A DNA stretch of 64,000 nt. Origin: Eledone cirrhosa. Taxonomy: Eukaryota. Where the stretch lies: assembly GCA_964016885.1 (NCBI GenBank), contig OZ024741.1, forward strand, positions 102,672,001-102,736,000, read 5' to 3'. Made by a program: the position numbers and the translations under genes. Positions 1 to 12,448 of this stretch are shown piece after piece (within the stretch, counting starts at the first letter, position 1; each line of letters begins with the position of its first letter). The notes beneath the pieces are model-generated. The model did not search any database and was not told where the DNA came from. It saw only the letters and a program-made list of their open reading frames with translations.

Positions 1-955
1 CTTTACATGTGTATTACTTATGTTTCAGGGAGTGTTATATAAAAAAATATTAAAAAATCAACTTTTTGATCTCCTAGGGCCCGCACATAGTGAAAAACTG
101 CGTTTTTTAAGCTTTTTTTTTTCGAAATTATTTCCCAAGTTAAAAAATAGTCTATATTTTTGTATTTTTAACTATTCTTTAACTTAGGAAAACATTTCAA
201 AAGCACCTGCGTCCTGAAACACAACTTTATCTAGATTTTGCAAATTGTGTGTTGAGGAAATTATCTTCATACTTAAATGTAAGAACTTTATTAATGTGCG
301 GACGAATTTATTTAGTTCTTGTAAACATCGCCTAAATTCAACGTTTAGAACTATATATAATTACACTTATAATATTTCTACTTATTTCCATAACAATCTT
401 ATCCATTCTGTTTTAATATATTGTTATCTCTAATCATATTTATATTTGCTATAATTTCACTTCTGAAAATTTCTTAAAATATATACATATATGATCCTAA
501 CTTTTAAATTTTTAAATTTAAATTTAAATTTAAATTTTAATATTTTTTAAGTTTTTTTAATTCTTTATTTTTTTTTTTTATTTCTTAAATTTTTCAGATA
601 TTTAAAAAAATTATTTAAAATTACTTAAATCTTTTTTTTTAAAATTTACTTATCTCTTATAAATTATTTTTTTTTTAATTTTCCCGAATTTTTTATATTT
701 TTTAATAAACTTTTTTAATATCTTTTATTAGATTTATAACCACTAACTAATTCAGGCTAAACATATCTTTCAACATTTATATCTTTAACATTTATACTTA
801 TTTTGACAAAATAGTCTCATACTAACGAATAAATAAACAAAACTTGAGTTTTTTCCGTATCTTCCCAATTTAAAATATATAAATATAAATATTCTTATTA
901 ACTCAGTTAAATTAATTTAATTTAACTCAATATTTACTTACATTAAATATAAACC

Positions 956-996
956 CCAGCATGGCCTCAGCCGGATGGCTGAAACAGGTAAAAGAG
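956..996 (+). mobile_element. 5'-truncated SINE/LINE 3' tail inserted with TAAACC target-site duplication
   Basis: TAAACC at 950-955 and 997-1002. The insert is absent from the paralogous copy near 42650 and resembles the tail at ~50540 (atggccgaagtcaaatgactgaaacc). Confidence 0.6.
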
Positions 997-1577
997 TAAA
1001 CCAATATCCCTCATTAAAATAATTATCTATAACACGATATACCCATCTATCCATTTATCTATCTATTTATCTATTTATTGATTTATTTTTCTATTTATTT
1101 TTCTATCTATCTATCTATTTTTCTATCTATTTATTTTTCCATATATTTTTCTATCTAATTTTAGATATATTTATTTTTCTATATATATCTATTTATTTTT
1201 CTATCTACTTATAACAGTAAATATTATATTAGAAAAAAATTTTAACAACTAAATAATCGTAAATATACCTACCATTAGTAGATATATACTTAAAATGTAT
1301 TCCCCCATATTAATGTTACACGAGTTCTATTCATCCTCTTGTTAATTTCTTCTCTCTATCTCTCTCGTAATATTATTATTTTTTTCTATCTCTCTTTCTT
1401 CTATCTCTTTCTCCAGTGTCATTTAAATAAACGGTTGTTTTTCAATTATTTACATATTCATTTGCATATTCACACATGAGTTTGAATAATCCCTAATATA
1501 TTTCCACTATCCAGTGAATTTCAAACCGATAAGGTATGATTTTCATGGTTATGTCTCTATTTATAAAACAAACTTTG

Positions 1578-1634
1578 TATTTTATCTGATGAAAGCGTAC
1601 CAATGTTGTCTTGGTTGCCCTTAAAATATATATA
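1578..1634 (+). ncRNA. Degenerate minimal type I hammerhead ribozyme (GAAA->AAAA; stem I split by a SINE)
   Basis: TATTTTAT-CTGATGA-stem II-AAAA-TATATA-TA; homologous to the intact motif at 11842-11902. Confidence 0.65.
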
Positions 1635-1636
1635 AT

Positions 1637-1815
1637 TGTTTCTACTTTTGGCACAAGGCCAGCAATTACCCAGTGCATTACTGGTACTTTATTTTATCAA
1701 CCCCGTAAGGATGAAAGGCAAAGTCAACCACGGCGGGATTTGAACTCAGATCATAAAGGGACGTAACTATGCTGGAAAGCATGGCGTCCGACCCTCTACC
1801 GATACTGCCAATCCA
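1637..1815 (-). mobile_element. tRNA-derived SINE, family A
   Basis: Minus strand ...GAGTTCAAATCCCGCC (B-box like)...CTTTGCCTTTCATCCTTACGGGGT.GATAAAATAAAGTACCAGT...GGCCTTGTGCCAAAAGTAGAAACAATT; many copies in the window; TATAAT duplicated on both sides. Confidence 0.85.
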
Positions 1816-1866
1816 TATAATAACATAAATATGGTTTTATAAATATAGTTTCCATTTATTTAATAT

Positions 1867-2045
<179 letters not shown>

Positions 2046-2067
2046 TTCACAATGCGTCAAAATGGTT

Positions 2068-2163
2068 TACTACTACTACAACAACAACAACTACTACTAC
2101 TACAACAACAACAACTACTACTACTACTACTACTACTACCAGCAGCAGCAGCAGCAGCAGCAG
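2068..2163. repeat. Compound trinucleotide microsatellite (TAC/CAA/CAG)
   Basis: Direct reading. Confidence 0.95.
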
Positions 2164-2712
2164 AGCCATTGACAGTTAAGGTGTGAATATGTAGGCGTGA
2201 GTTCATATGTAGCCAGCGGCTTCCTCTGCTGGCCAAAACAATAAACATTTCCGTAAAGATTAAAGATGAAAAATTGAGTGGTTGTAAACAAGTGAAGCGA
2301 GAGAAATGTGTGGGTTGGGTGGGAGTGGTATATTTAAGGTAATATTAGGGGTAGTAAACGGGTCATTTTAAGGAACAGGAGGAGTAAGCGGAGGAAGATT
2401 AAAATGAAAGCAGCTAGAGGGCTATTTTCTCTATGGATATATATATATATACGCACACAGACACACCGCACCCAGCACACATACACGCACGTACAGATTT
2501 ATGGAATATGATCATCAATATTTAAACATACACATTGAAAATTGATCATGATGATGATGATTTCTTATTCCGCGTGTTTACACTGTGATTACTTCTTTCT
2601 TCTATATTCCCATTAAAGTTGTATTTCTCTCAGGTTTTCTCATTCGGTTTGACACCAGTCAGTTCCGATTAAGTATTCTGCTCAAATCTATAACTCAAAG
2701 GACTGTATGCAC

Positions 2713-2830
<118 letters not shown>

Positions 2831-3199
2831 ACATATGTGTATACACACGCATACACTGTGGTCACAAGGAGTCTCACTGCTAGTATTGCTCTTTCGACTT
2901 ATATATTGTTCCTTTTGGTTGAATTCTCCCTGCCTAACGGGATTTTCTTTATACTCATGATCCGATCTGATCATTTCAAGCAATTTTCTAGTTAAATTCC
3001 GTTTTATAAATATTTCTAGAGAAATAACATAATTGTTGTTTGCTTGTTGTGAACACAGATAAATAATAGATAGGAAATGTACGTCGGAATTAGATACTAT
3101 AACGACTTAACGCATGAGTATTTCAGACACGTAGATCAGTTAAGGAAGGACACATCGATCCTTCGTCTTTGTTTTGAACTGTTTCTACTTTACATTTGA

Positions 3200-3950
3200 A
3201 AAGAGACTAACAGCCCTGAAATATCATATTGAAATATATTGGGTAAAAAATTGTCATCCATGGCCTTTTATATATTTCTACCGCATTGTACGGCAGAGCA
3301 CTCAGTCCACAGGACGAGTTGTAATGTTCAAAATTAGGTTAAATTCCGACATCATTGAAATGGATGTTTTCAGGATTAGAATTCTACTAAAGAGTTCTTA
3401 AAAAGTTGGAGGAGGATCTTCGGTTGTCAATTAGATAAGGGCGGATAACTCTTACTTAGACTTGTGCAAAACAGAAAAAATTTGTTCGTGTTTAGGATTG
3501 GGGAATCTATTATGTGGGTTGCAAAGATATAATGGGTTGTTTACCTAATATGTTTCTTGGGGTGCTAGACACATGTTATAGAGATTAGAGCGTCGATAAA
3601 AGGTACTCTTATTTTCAATTTTGGTGTGTTAGAAAATTATTATAGAAGGGAAAGTTTTACAATGAAGGCTGGGATAATAAGCTTGGCGTGCAAGATTGTG
3701 GATTTGGGCTGTCTAGGTATTATCGGGAGTTCTTCCAATTATGTAGGATGTATTTCAGCAAGAAGGCGGCAGCGGTTGAAAAAATCGGCCCTCATATTAA
3801 GGCTTGTCTTAGAGTGTTCCATCGTTCACAATTTATCGTTTAAGCAAGGACTTGATTATTTTCAGGGTTTTGCATTTAATGAACAAGTCCACACCTGCAT
3901 CTTTGAGGGACCAGACGTGACTTGCCAGCTTCGTGGCTGTTCTATAATCC
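3200..3950 (-). pseudogene. Highly decayed Penelope-like RT thumb/linker remnant
   Basis: Scattered minus-strand peptides (VPFIDAL resembling LPFLD; an R..NL..LV-like stretch); many stops and frameshifts. Confidence 0.3.
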
Positions 3951-4210
3951 GGGTGCCTATAAGTCTATCTTTCCTTCTGTCTATTTTTATGTCTATCTAT
4001 CTATCTACCTGCGTATAAAATAACCTTTCTCATCTATCTATTTTATCTGCCATCTAGCTGTTTGACTGCCTATCTATCATTCTACGGATCCGGTCATCTA
4101 TCTCTCTATCTACTTATCTATCAATCTTTCTGTCTGTATGTTTGCCTGTTTAGCTAGCTATCCATCTGTCTGTTCATCTACTCATCCATCTATATGTCCC
4201 TGTCTCTCTT

Positions 4211-4260
<50 letters not shown>

Positions 4261-4277
4261 GACGAAATCATATACTA

Positions 4278-4371
4278 AGCATATCTGACGATCTTTCGAT
4301 TACAGAGTCACGTTCAATCTATAATAGGCCTTGCCTCGAGCTGATCGATAGTGAAACATATGTAATATGTT
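4278..4371 (+). ncRNA. Type I hammerhead ribozyme with ~60-nt stem II domain
   Basis: AGCATAT/ATATGTT stem I, CTGACGA core (4285-4291), GAAA (4353-4356), palindromic CATATG stem III, GUA triplet. Confidence 0.75.
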
Positions 4372-5069
4372 ATTAAATATGTTATGATGCAACACTGAAT
4401 CCTTGTTCCTTATCCTTATAGTATCATACTCTGCTCTGCGCGAGCATCGACTGCTCTACCGGCATACCGCCTACGGACGCATTTTTCATGCAACCATACA
4501 ACTATATATATATATATATATATATATATTACTGAAAGGAATACAAAGTCATGTCTGAGAAAATTACAGCCAGTGCCATATCATCTGCAAAGGAACCTCA
4601 AAGAAAATATTCCGAGCGCTTAATATAAATTCAAAAGCAACACCTTTATTCATTTCAGTAATAGAAATATGCTTCTGAATAGTATTTTAGTTCAGCTTTT
4701 TATTGTTGAATGTGTTTTAGGCTGATATTCCTAGCTATCTACATACCTATTCCGAAACTCCACGTGCGTTGCGACCTATCCGTAGATTTGTTTTAGAGGA
4801 GTCAATTCATATAATTAATTCCCTTTCGTCGATGATCCTAATTAACAATTGAACTTAACCAATTCAAGGGTGAAACGTGGTTTCTGAAGCCATTAAGGAG
4901 TTATGTACGAGAGAGTAAAATAATTATATAATGTCTGGTGTGTTCTGTTTGATATTTTTGTTAAATTTCACTATACTGCTCATTTGTAATTATATGTTCT
5001 TACATTCTTTACAAATTATCTCCTGTTTTAATGTTTGATATATTTCTATATATCTCATTCGCTTTTGAA

Positions 5070-5729
5070 TTTTACGCGCAGTAGAGCCTTGCGTGAGTGG
5101 GGACCAGCCTTTGCTTGCCGTTGTGGCGCACTCTCTTTATCAACTCGTGATCGCTTGCCCTTGGCATTAGTATAGAGACATCATTTTTCATCATCGGGAA
5201 CAATGGAACATAACCAGTTCGTTATGCGATGGTATGAGAGCAGAAACGTCGCCGCTGCCACCGGACATTCACGATTATGGGATACCCATTGGTCCAGTTT
5301 GGACACCTCCCCTATCACATGCAAGTGGTTGAGGATGGTTGTTTTCGCTGCTTGTCATTGAAGTCGGATGAATGTCCTGCGCGAGGTCTACCTTCAAGGT
5401 TGTAATCACCAGAACAGAAGCGTACGAACCAGTGCCTGGCACTGCGTTCAGATATGGTGTGTGACCTAAATGTATTGTTTATGCGACGACTCGATGCAGC
5501 TGTACTTAGGCCAAATCTGAAGCCATAAAGTAAAAAGCCACGAATAAATGATTTAGATAGATCTATGTTGTTTCCCCTTTTGACGGCGTAACAGAAAATG
5601 AGAAATGCACATAGTTCACAGCAGCGTCACTTCGTATATATGTGCGCATGTGCAACCTTCAGCATTTCCAGGAAACTCTACCAAAATACTTCGTTTTAAA
5701 AAACGACGGTTACGTTCTGTCCAACCTAA
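5070..5729 (-). mobile_element. Mariner (Tc1/mariner) transposon remnant: 5' TIR and N-terminal transposase
   Basis: TA|TTAGGTTGG TIR start. Minus-strand translation gives FIRGFLLYGFRFG..SERSARHWFVRFCSGDYNLEGRPRAG..KLDQWVSH (WVPHEL-like)..IVPDDEK* (IVTGDEKW-like). Confidence 0.85.
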
Positions 5730-5849
5730 TATATAAGGATAATTTCAGCCTAATGGTGATGCCGCAAATTCGTTCAACATTGGTGAACATGTCACTTTTC
5801 TCATTGAACGGTTGGGCCATTTGTAGTAGGCGACATTTTCTAACTGTGG

Positions 5850-6610
5850 TAGATGGTCCCTCTCACTCCCTCATAGACCTGATTGATGGTGTTGGTTTCC
5901 TCCGTGTTTGTTATTCTTTGCATCTCTCTTGATCTAGAATATTAGCAAATACCATGAGTCCTTTGTCAAGGTAACATTTATATCTCTCTTGAGTGTGGGC
6001 TGTTTTACATCTTGATGAAATATGCAACATGGTATTCCTCTTTCCACAGAGTCTACACGAATCGTTCTCCTTCGTGCTCTACCTGCGCAAATCGTTGATA
6101 TCGATAGCGTGTCATCCAGCGCTCGCACCAGGAAGGAGATTCGGTAAGATTCCAACCTCCATAGATCTGCTTAAATGATCTTCCTATTAGCGAGGTCCAT
6201 TTGCTCGGTGATCCATGGCATGCTAGTTTCACAACTCTTGATTTCCCTTCTTCCTTTTCCTGGTGCCGTACTTCTTTCTGGATCATAGCTCTTCACGCTT
6301 TTCTGTCTACCTTTCCGCATAGTTGTAAAATGGGATGTTCCGATATCCCTTTCCGTATGTGTTAATCCAATGATGTCTCTTAGCTTCTTGTGTGTCAAAA
6401 GCACCTGCTGCACATTTGCTTCCTACCGATTGCATATCTGACTTGTGCATTCAGCGAGTCCTTGTGTAACATTGTTACTCTCCACTTTGCTATCTTGAAT
6501 TCTTCCACTATAGTTAACAGCGGAAACTAAAGCTGTCATGAGCTTATGTAGAAGTCAACTTTAGTGAAGCTTGGAGCAATTCGCATACCGATACTGCATA
6601 TTTATAAAAG
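5850..6610 (-). mobile_element. Decayed HERO/NeSL-like RLE non-LTR retrotransposon fragment (post-RT and CCHC region)
   Basis: Minus-strand peptides IVEEFKIAK, LWRLESYRISFLVRALDDTL, CRLCGKRNTMLHISSRC..QERY. Confidence 0.65.
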
Positions 6611-6723
6611 TACAAATTACTGCTGTATTTGGGATTATTTGATGTTACAATACAATCATATGCACAACATGTGCACAAAATAGTCTAGAATTTAAGAAGT
6701 ACAAATATATAACGAAAAAAATT

Positions 6724-6817
<94 letters not shown>

Positions 6818-7499
6818 GCACACATACAGAACATACAAATGCCACGTAAGAATTCCATTTTTTTAAAATTAAATATATAATTTAGAATCGCTAACAAATA
6901 TCTTTGCAATTTAATTTTTCTACACAAAATTTCTCAAAACAAGTAATTAAGATGAAATATACTCATTTATTTCATAATACACTTTTTCCTCGGATTTGCT
7001 TTAGGAATCTCTCTGTGGGAAATCTGGAATGGTAAATTCATTAATTATTTCCCTCTTTCGTTGATGTTGGTGATATGGGTATTGGTGGGGAAAGTAGTGT
7101 TGGTAATGGAAGTGGTTGGTAATTGTAGTGATGTATGTGTTGATAGGGGTTTTGATGGTAGTAGTTTTGATGGGGAAAGTTTTGTTAGTTGTGGTGTTAG
7201 TGTTGGTGTTATTGGTGGTCTTAATCGTGGTATTGTTGTAGGTAGTGGTGTTGGTAGGGGTGCTGTTGTAGGTGGTATTAGTGGTGTTAGTATTGCCATT
7301 GATCGGACAGACTTATAATTACAGATATTCAGTCGGTGAAAATATTATCATTTTTGTTGAGCCAGTGTACAACCGTGTCAACATTTCTGTTGAGCTAGGG
7401 TGTTACTGTATTAACATGGCTATAAAGACGGTGTCTCCTTCATATTTAAAACTAATTTAATCGGATGTTAAATCAAAGAGGTTTCGCTGCAATTTTTAG

Positions 7500-7590
7500 C
7501 AATGCAGCCTAGTAGTTAGTGCGCTAGTCTCATGGAAGTAAAGTCGTGGGTTCGATCAACGCCATGGGCGGAGCGTTGTGTCTCAATTGA
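7500..7590 (+). mobile_element. tRNA-like SINE head remnant
   Basis: gcctagtagttagtgcgc (A-box like) and gggttcgatc (B-box like), followed by gcgttgtgtc. Confidence 0.45.
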
Positions 7591-8319
7591 TGCTGCTGAA
7601 AAGAAACGAGTACAACAACCAGCAGCTGGGATTTAACCTTGCGATAGACGCATCACGTCTCAGTTACTTAACAACACCATTGATACCTCGAAAAACTTCA
7701 TCTTAATGAACCTCTAATCTCGAGAAAGCTTTAATATATATTGTAATATATGTACATTGGCTCATTCAACGAGTTAAGCTAGTTCATATATATTTCTACA
7801 TTCCTCCACTGAAATTAGTTTTCATTTTCATTTTGCTATTTCATCGAGCTTTTCGCTAAACACTTATACGAACAAATGTTATCGATGTATATGCAAAAGC
7901 TTATTTCGATCAGAAACGTTATTATCGCACCTTTCTGGCGGCGGCAATTGTGTGGTTGCATAAGATTTTGCTTGTCTTGAAACTTGTATATAAATACCAG
8001 TAATATTCAAATACTGATCACTATATCACATGCATAGAAGGCGCGGCAACTGTATGAATGTATAAATTGTATATACTTGCGTAAAAACCAATGCCAAAGC
8101 ATTAGGATTTATTTTTGTACGTCATGGAAAAAGTAACTTTGGTCCTTAAAATGCAGCAAATCAATATTTGTCAATCAAAGTATTATCCTGAACATAAATG
8201 TTAGAATAGAAATATTTATTTGTCTACATTATGATGTTTGCAAGAGAAAATATTTATAAGAATTACACGGCTTTATTTATGTTTTGGTACGTAGAATATT
8301 ATGATGTACCGAAATGTCG

Positions 8320-8442
8320 GTTTCTGAGTTCAAATCCCGCCGAGGTTAACTATGCTTTCACCCTTACGGGGTCGATAAAATAAAGTACCAGTAATGCACT
8401 GGGATAATTACTGGCCTTGTGCCAAAGGTAGAAATAATTATT
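8320..8442 (+). mobile_element. SINE family A, 3' part
   Basis: Same core and tail as 1637-1815. Confidence 0.85.
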
Positions 8443-8749
8443 GTAATTCATTTTGGTTTACGTTTTTAATTTAGTCCATTCGAGTTTTTGCGTAGTGATT
8501 CGATGTTTTGATATGTAGTGTGAATTTCAGACTCTCCAGTCAGGTAATAGCCAACCCATAAATTTAACCTAACAAGATAGTCTAAAAAGTGTGATATTTA
8601 CACGAGTCTACACGATACATATTTCTGCTAGAAACGTGTATTCCTTGTCCAGGCAACAAGTTTACATTTGATCGAAATTCCCAACAATTACATACTATCA
8701 ATCGAAAGTATTCAATGGAAAAAAAATCTTACATATCGCAAAATTATCG

Positions 8750-8900
8750 ATGGCTGTGTGGTTAAGGGATTCGCTTCAAAGCCACCTAACTTTGGTTTCA
8801 CTTCTACTATACGTGATACCCCAGGAAGGGTCTACTACTATATCCTTACTTTGTTAGTGACATTTGATAGACGAAAATCTGTGGAAGACCATCGCTTCTC
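8750..8900 (+). mobile_element. tRNA-derived SINE family B (diverged)
   Basis: tggctgtgtggttaag...gcttc...gatagacg.aaa; related copies at 10370-10545, 51520-51700 (-) and 56710-56830. Confidence 0.6.
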
Positions 8901-9097
8901 TATGTATATATATATATATATTTTGTGTGTGTGCTTATCATTCGATGTCGAATTCATATTAAATCGATAATAAATGTATGAGAAGAATTGTAAAGGGACA
9001 CTTTGCCATTAATTCGCTAAAATTATAACCGGTTGTTGCTTGGTATATCGTAACATATCTACAAAATTTTGTATGTCTAACTCAGATATATATCATA

Positions 9098-9197
9098 ATT
9101 GTTTCTACTTTTGGCACAAGGCCAGCAATTATCCCAGTGTTTTAGTGGTACTTTATTTTATCGACCCCGTAAGGATGAAAGGCAAAGTTAACCTCAG
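9098..9197 (-). mobile_element. SINE family A fragment with ~15-bp duplication (ctcagatatatatcataat)
   Basis: Family A core; flanking sequence repeated at ~9081 and ~9193. Confidence 0.8.
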
Positions 9198-9744
9198 ATA
9201 TATATCATAATGTATCTCATTGCTATATATGACATTGCTATACAGCCGACTACCATATAATATATTGTTATATACCAATCCGTTGCTATATAACTCAATA
9301 TTATATGATGCCAAATATGTTTTTATAATAATATATTAGATAATACATTCATATACAACACGTTACTATGTCGTCCGCTGCTATATAACCCATTGTTATA
9401 TAACATATTACTATATTACTCATTGCTATATAACGAGTTATTATACAACTCAATATTATACAACATCGACTAATACAAACATCCGTCTCACCAACGCATG
9501 TTTTCCATTCAGTATATTCCCTTCTTGAAACTATTACAAGTTCAGTCGCAGGCTAGAATCAATTAACTTAATTCATAAATGTGCGCATATATGAATATTG
9601 CTAATTTTAAATGTGATGGCTCTGGAATACAGTATAACAAATATAAATAGAAAACATGTAATTTAAATCTAGAAGTATTGAATACATTGGCATATAGGCG
9701 TTTGGGAAATACATAAAAGATAAATTATAACACATACTTTGACT

Positions 9745-9874
<130 letters not shown>

Positions 9875-9892
9875 TAAACACACAAACACACG

Positions 9893-9971
<79 letters not shown>

Positions 9972-10023
9972 GTATATATATATATATATACGTATATATA
10001 TATATATATATATATATACGTAT

Positions 10024-10057
<34 letters not shown>

Positions 10058-10369
10058 ACACTTTCACACATATATGTGTGAGAGTGTTGTGATACAGTGA
10101 TGAAAAGTGTATACATATCTGTGTATATGAAGGCATGTATGTAATGTGTTTGAGTGTAAAGAAAATAACAGAGAAGCAAAAATAAAACCCGTATAAAAAT
10201 ATTTAAGGCAATACGAAAAACAAAAACGCCGTCTGCACAATTACATTTAGCTCTAATTAATATTATGATGTTCAGATCGACAAAATAATTTAGTATTTAA
10301 TGAGGTCTTAATGTAGTTGATGATATGCACTTGTTAGTAACAGACGATTAATTAATTTCATTACAATAG

Positions 10370-10545
10370 GCGCAGACATGTCTGTGGTGTTAAGGATTTT
10401 GCTTCGCAACTATGTGGTTTCAAGTTTACTGCCACTCAATGGCGGAATGTTGGGCAAGTGTATTCTATTATAGCAACGGGTGTGTTGACCAGTGACAAGT
10501 GAGTGAAATGTGATAGATAGAAATTGCGGAAGAATTTTGAGTCGT
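10370..10545 (+). mobile_element. SINE family B
   Basis: ggcgcagacatgtctgtggtgttaag...ttgggcaagtgt..ctattatagc...gtgagtg. Confidence 0.6.
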
Positions 10546-10592
10546 CTCCCCCCCCCCCTCTCTCTCTCTCTCTCGCTCTCGCTCTCTCTTTC

Positions 10593-10685
<93 letters not shown>

Positions 10686-10757
10686 CCACTTCTACCTAAC
10701 TCGTCCCATGGACTGAGTGCTCTACCACTACGGATATTACCTTCCAGTGTTCTACCG

Positions 10758-10790
<33 letters not shown>

Positions 10791-10795
<5 letters not shown>

Positions 10796-11365
10796 CGGGT
10801 AAAATTCCCGAGATCCATGGACAAGTTCTCTCCAGCGGTCTCTGTCCCTCATCATCGCTGCCATATGAAACCAGTGTCTGTCCTTAGGGCATCAACTTAT
10901 GTTAACCTCGGTCTTCCACTTCCAGTGTGTCCATCCAGGGGCTCCCACAAGAGCACTGAGTGCTGTGTCAACTCTGGATGTCGGTGAGCATGTCCAGCTA
11001 ACCCCAGTCTCCTCTGTGCTACTCTCGAGTTGACTTTTGGGTTCTCCCGTACAGCTCTGAGTTCTTCATCCTCAGTGTATACTGATTAATGTTCAGAGCC
11101 ATCCTCAACATTCTCGTGTAGCACCAATCTAACATCTGAGTCAGTTTCTTGGTCAGTGTCCAAGTCTCAGACCCGTAGAGCAGCACAAACTCCACTACAG
11201 CAACGAAGAGACGGATATTCAGGTCTTCACGAAGGTCCGACTTCCACACTAATCTCAAAATGTGGCACGCCGTCAAGGCTTTTCTCTTCCTTTCGACCAC
11301 ATCATCTTCTGTATTCCCAATCTTCGCTCCCAGATACAGGAAGTCCTCAACCAATTAGCGGCTTC
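10791..11365 (-). mobile_element. RTE-clade LINE 3' end
   Basis: VEDFLYLGA..VLLYGSETWTLTK..LD..YTRMLRMALNI; LAGHAHRHPE; DRDRWRELV..*; terminates in (TA)n. Confidence 0.85.
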
Positions 11366-11369
11366 ACGC

Positions 11370-11549
<180 letters not shown>

Positions 11550-11685
11550 CGAAAGGGATATTTAATTTGTTGGTAATTCAACAAATATATATATTTATAA
11601 CTGATTCAAAACACTCGACAAGTTTAACTGGGGTATAATATCAATGATATTAAATAAATGGAAACTATATTTATAAAACCATATT

Positions 11686-11746
11686 TATTCTATTATATAT
11701 ATTTCAAGGGTACCAAAACTTTGGTACACTCTCATCAGATAAAATA
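11686..11746 (-). ncRNA. Minimal type I hammerhead ribozyme
   Basis: TATTTTAT-CTGATGA-GAGTGTACCAAAGTTTTGGTACCCTT-GAAA-TATATA-TA-ATAGAATA. Confidence 0.85.
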
Positions 11747-11841
11747 CAAAGTTTGTTTTATAAATAATGACATATCCAGGAAAAACTTGAACCGTTAAGA
11801 TCTCCTTCCTGGATATGTCAATATTTATAAAACAAACTTTG

Positions 11842-11902
11842 TATTTTATCTGATGAGAGCGTACCTAAGTTTTGGTACCCTTGAAATATATATAATAGAA
11901 TA
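11842..11902 (+). ncRNA. Minimal type I hammerhead ribozyme
   Basis: 8-bp stem I, CTGATGA, GTACC/GGTAC stem II, GAAA, palindromic TATATA, AUA triplet. Confidence 0.85.
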
Positions 11903-12310
11903 AATATAATAGAATAAATATAATAGAATAAATATGGTTTTATATATATAGTTTCCATTTATTTAATATCATCAATATATATATATATAAAGATATTCAT
12001 ATAAGATATTAAAAACAAGGAACAGCGGAGGACACGTTTCGCACCTTTCCGACAGACAACCTTTCCCCCACCCGGAAAAAACCCCCAGTTGTTGGATGTG
12101 AATCCGAAATATATAGGGACAATTAAATCTCTCCCAAGGTAACTCTCTCTCGTGTTGTTATTTTTATTTTTATCCTCTACGCTCTTTCCTTCATTCCTCT
12201 ACACGTCTTATACACGCCACGCATCTCAACGTACACCTACTTACATCTCTCTCTCCACCACCGGATCTTGTTGCCCGGAGATTTACCCATTTGCATTGTC
12301 GAGGCTTCCA

Positions 12311-12357
<47 letters not shown>

Positions 12358-12448
12358 TTAAAACAATGAAATAAAAAATCAAGTCATTAGATAGATATAT
12401 ATATACACAATATATAAAAGCTCGTCCTTTTTATTATTATTATTATTA

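Noticed and set aside
4490-4505. Minus-strand GTTGTATGGTT resembling the let-7 3' end
   Set aside because: No seed sequence and no precursor hairpin.
7045-7318. P/T-rich and G/V-rich overlapping ORFs
   Set aside because: Low-complexity sequence, probably a decayed LINE ORF1 tail or simple repeat; no domain recognisable.
7500-7570. Possible tRNA gene
   Set aside because: No complete cloverleaf; better explained as a SINE head.
9215-9470. Spaced short repeats (cattgctatataac) superficially like a CRISPR array
   Set aside because: Degenerate minisatellite with irregular short spacing, eukaryotic context and no cas genes.
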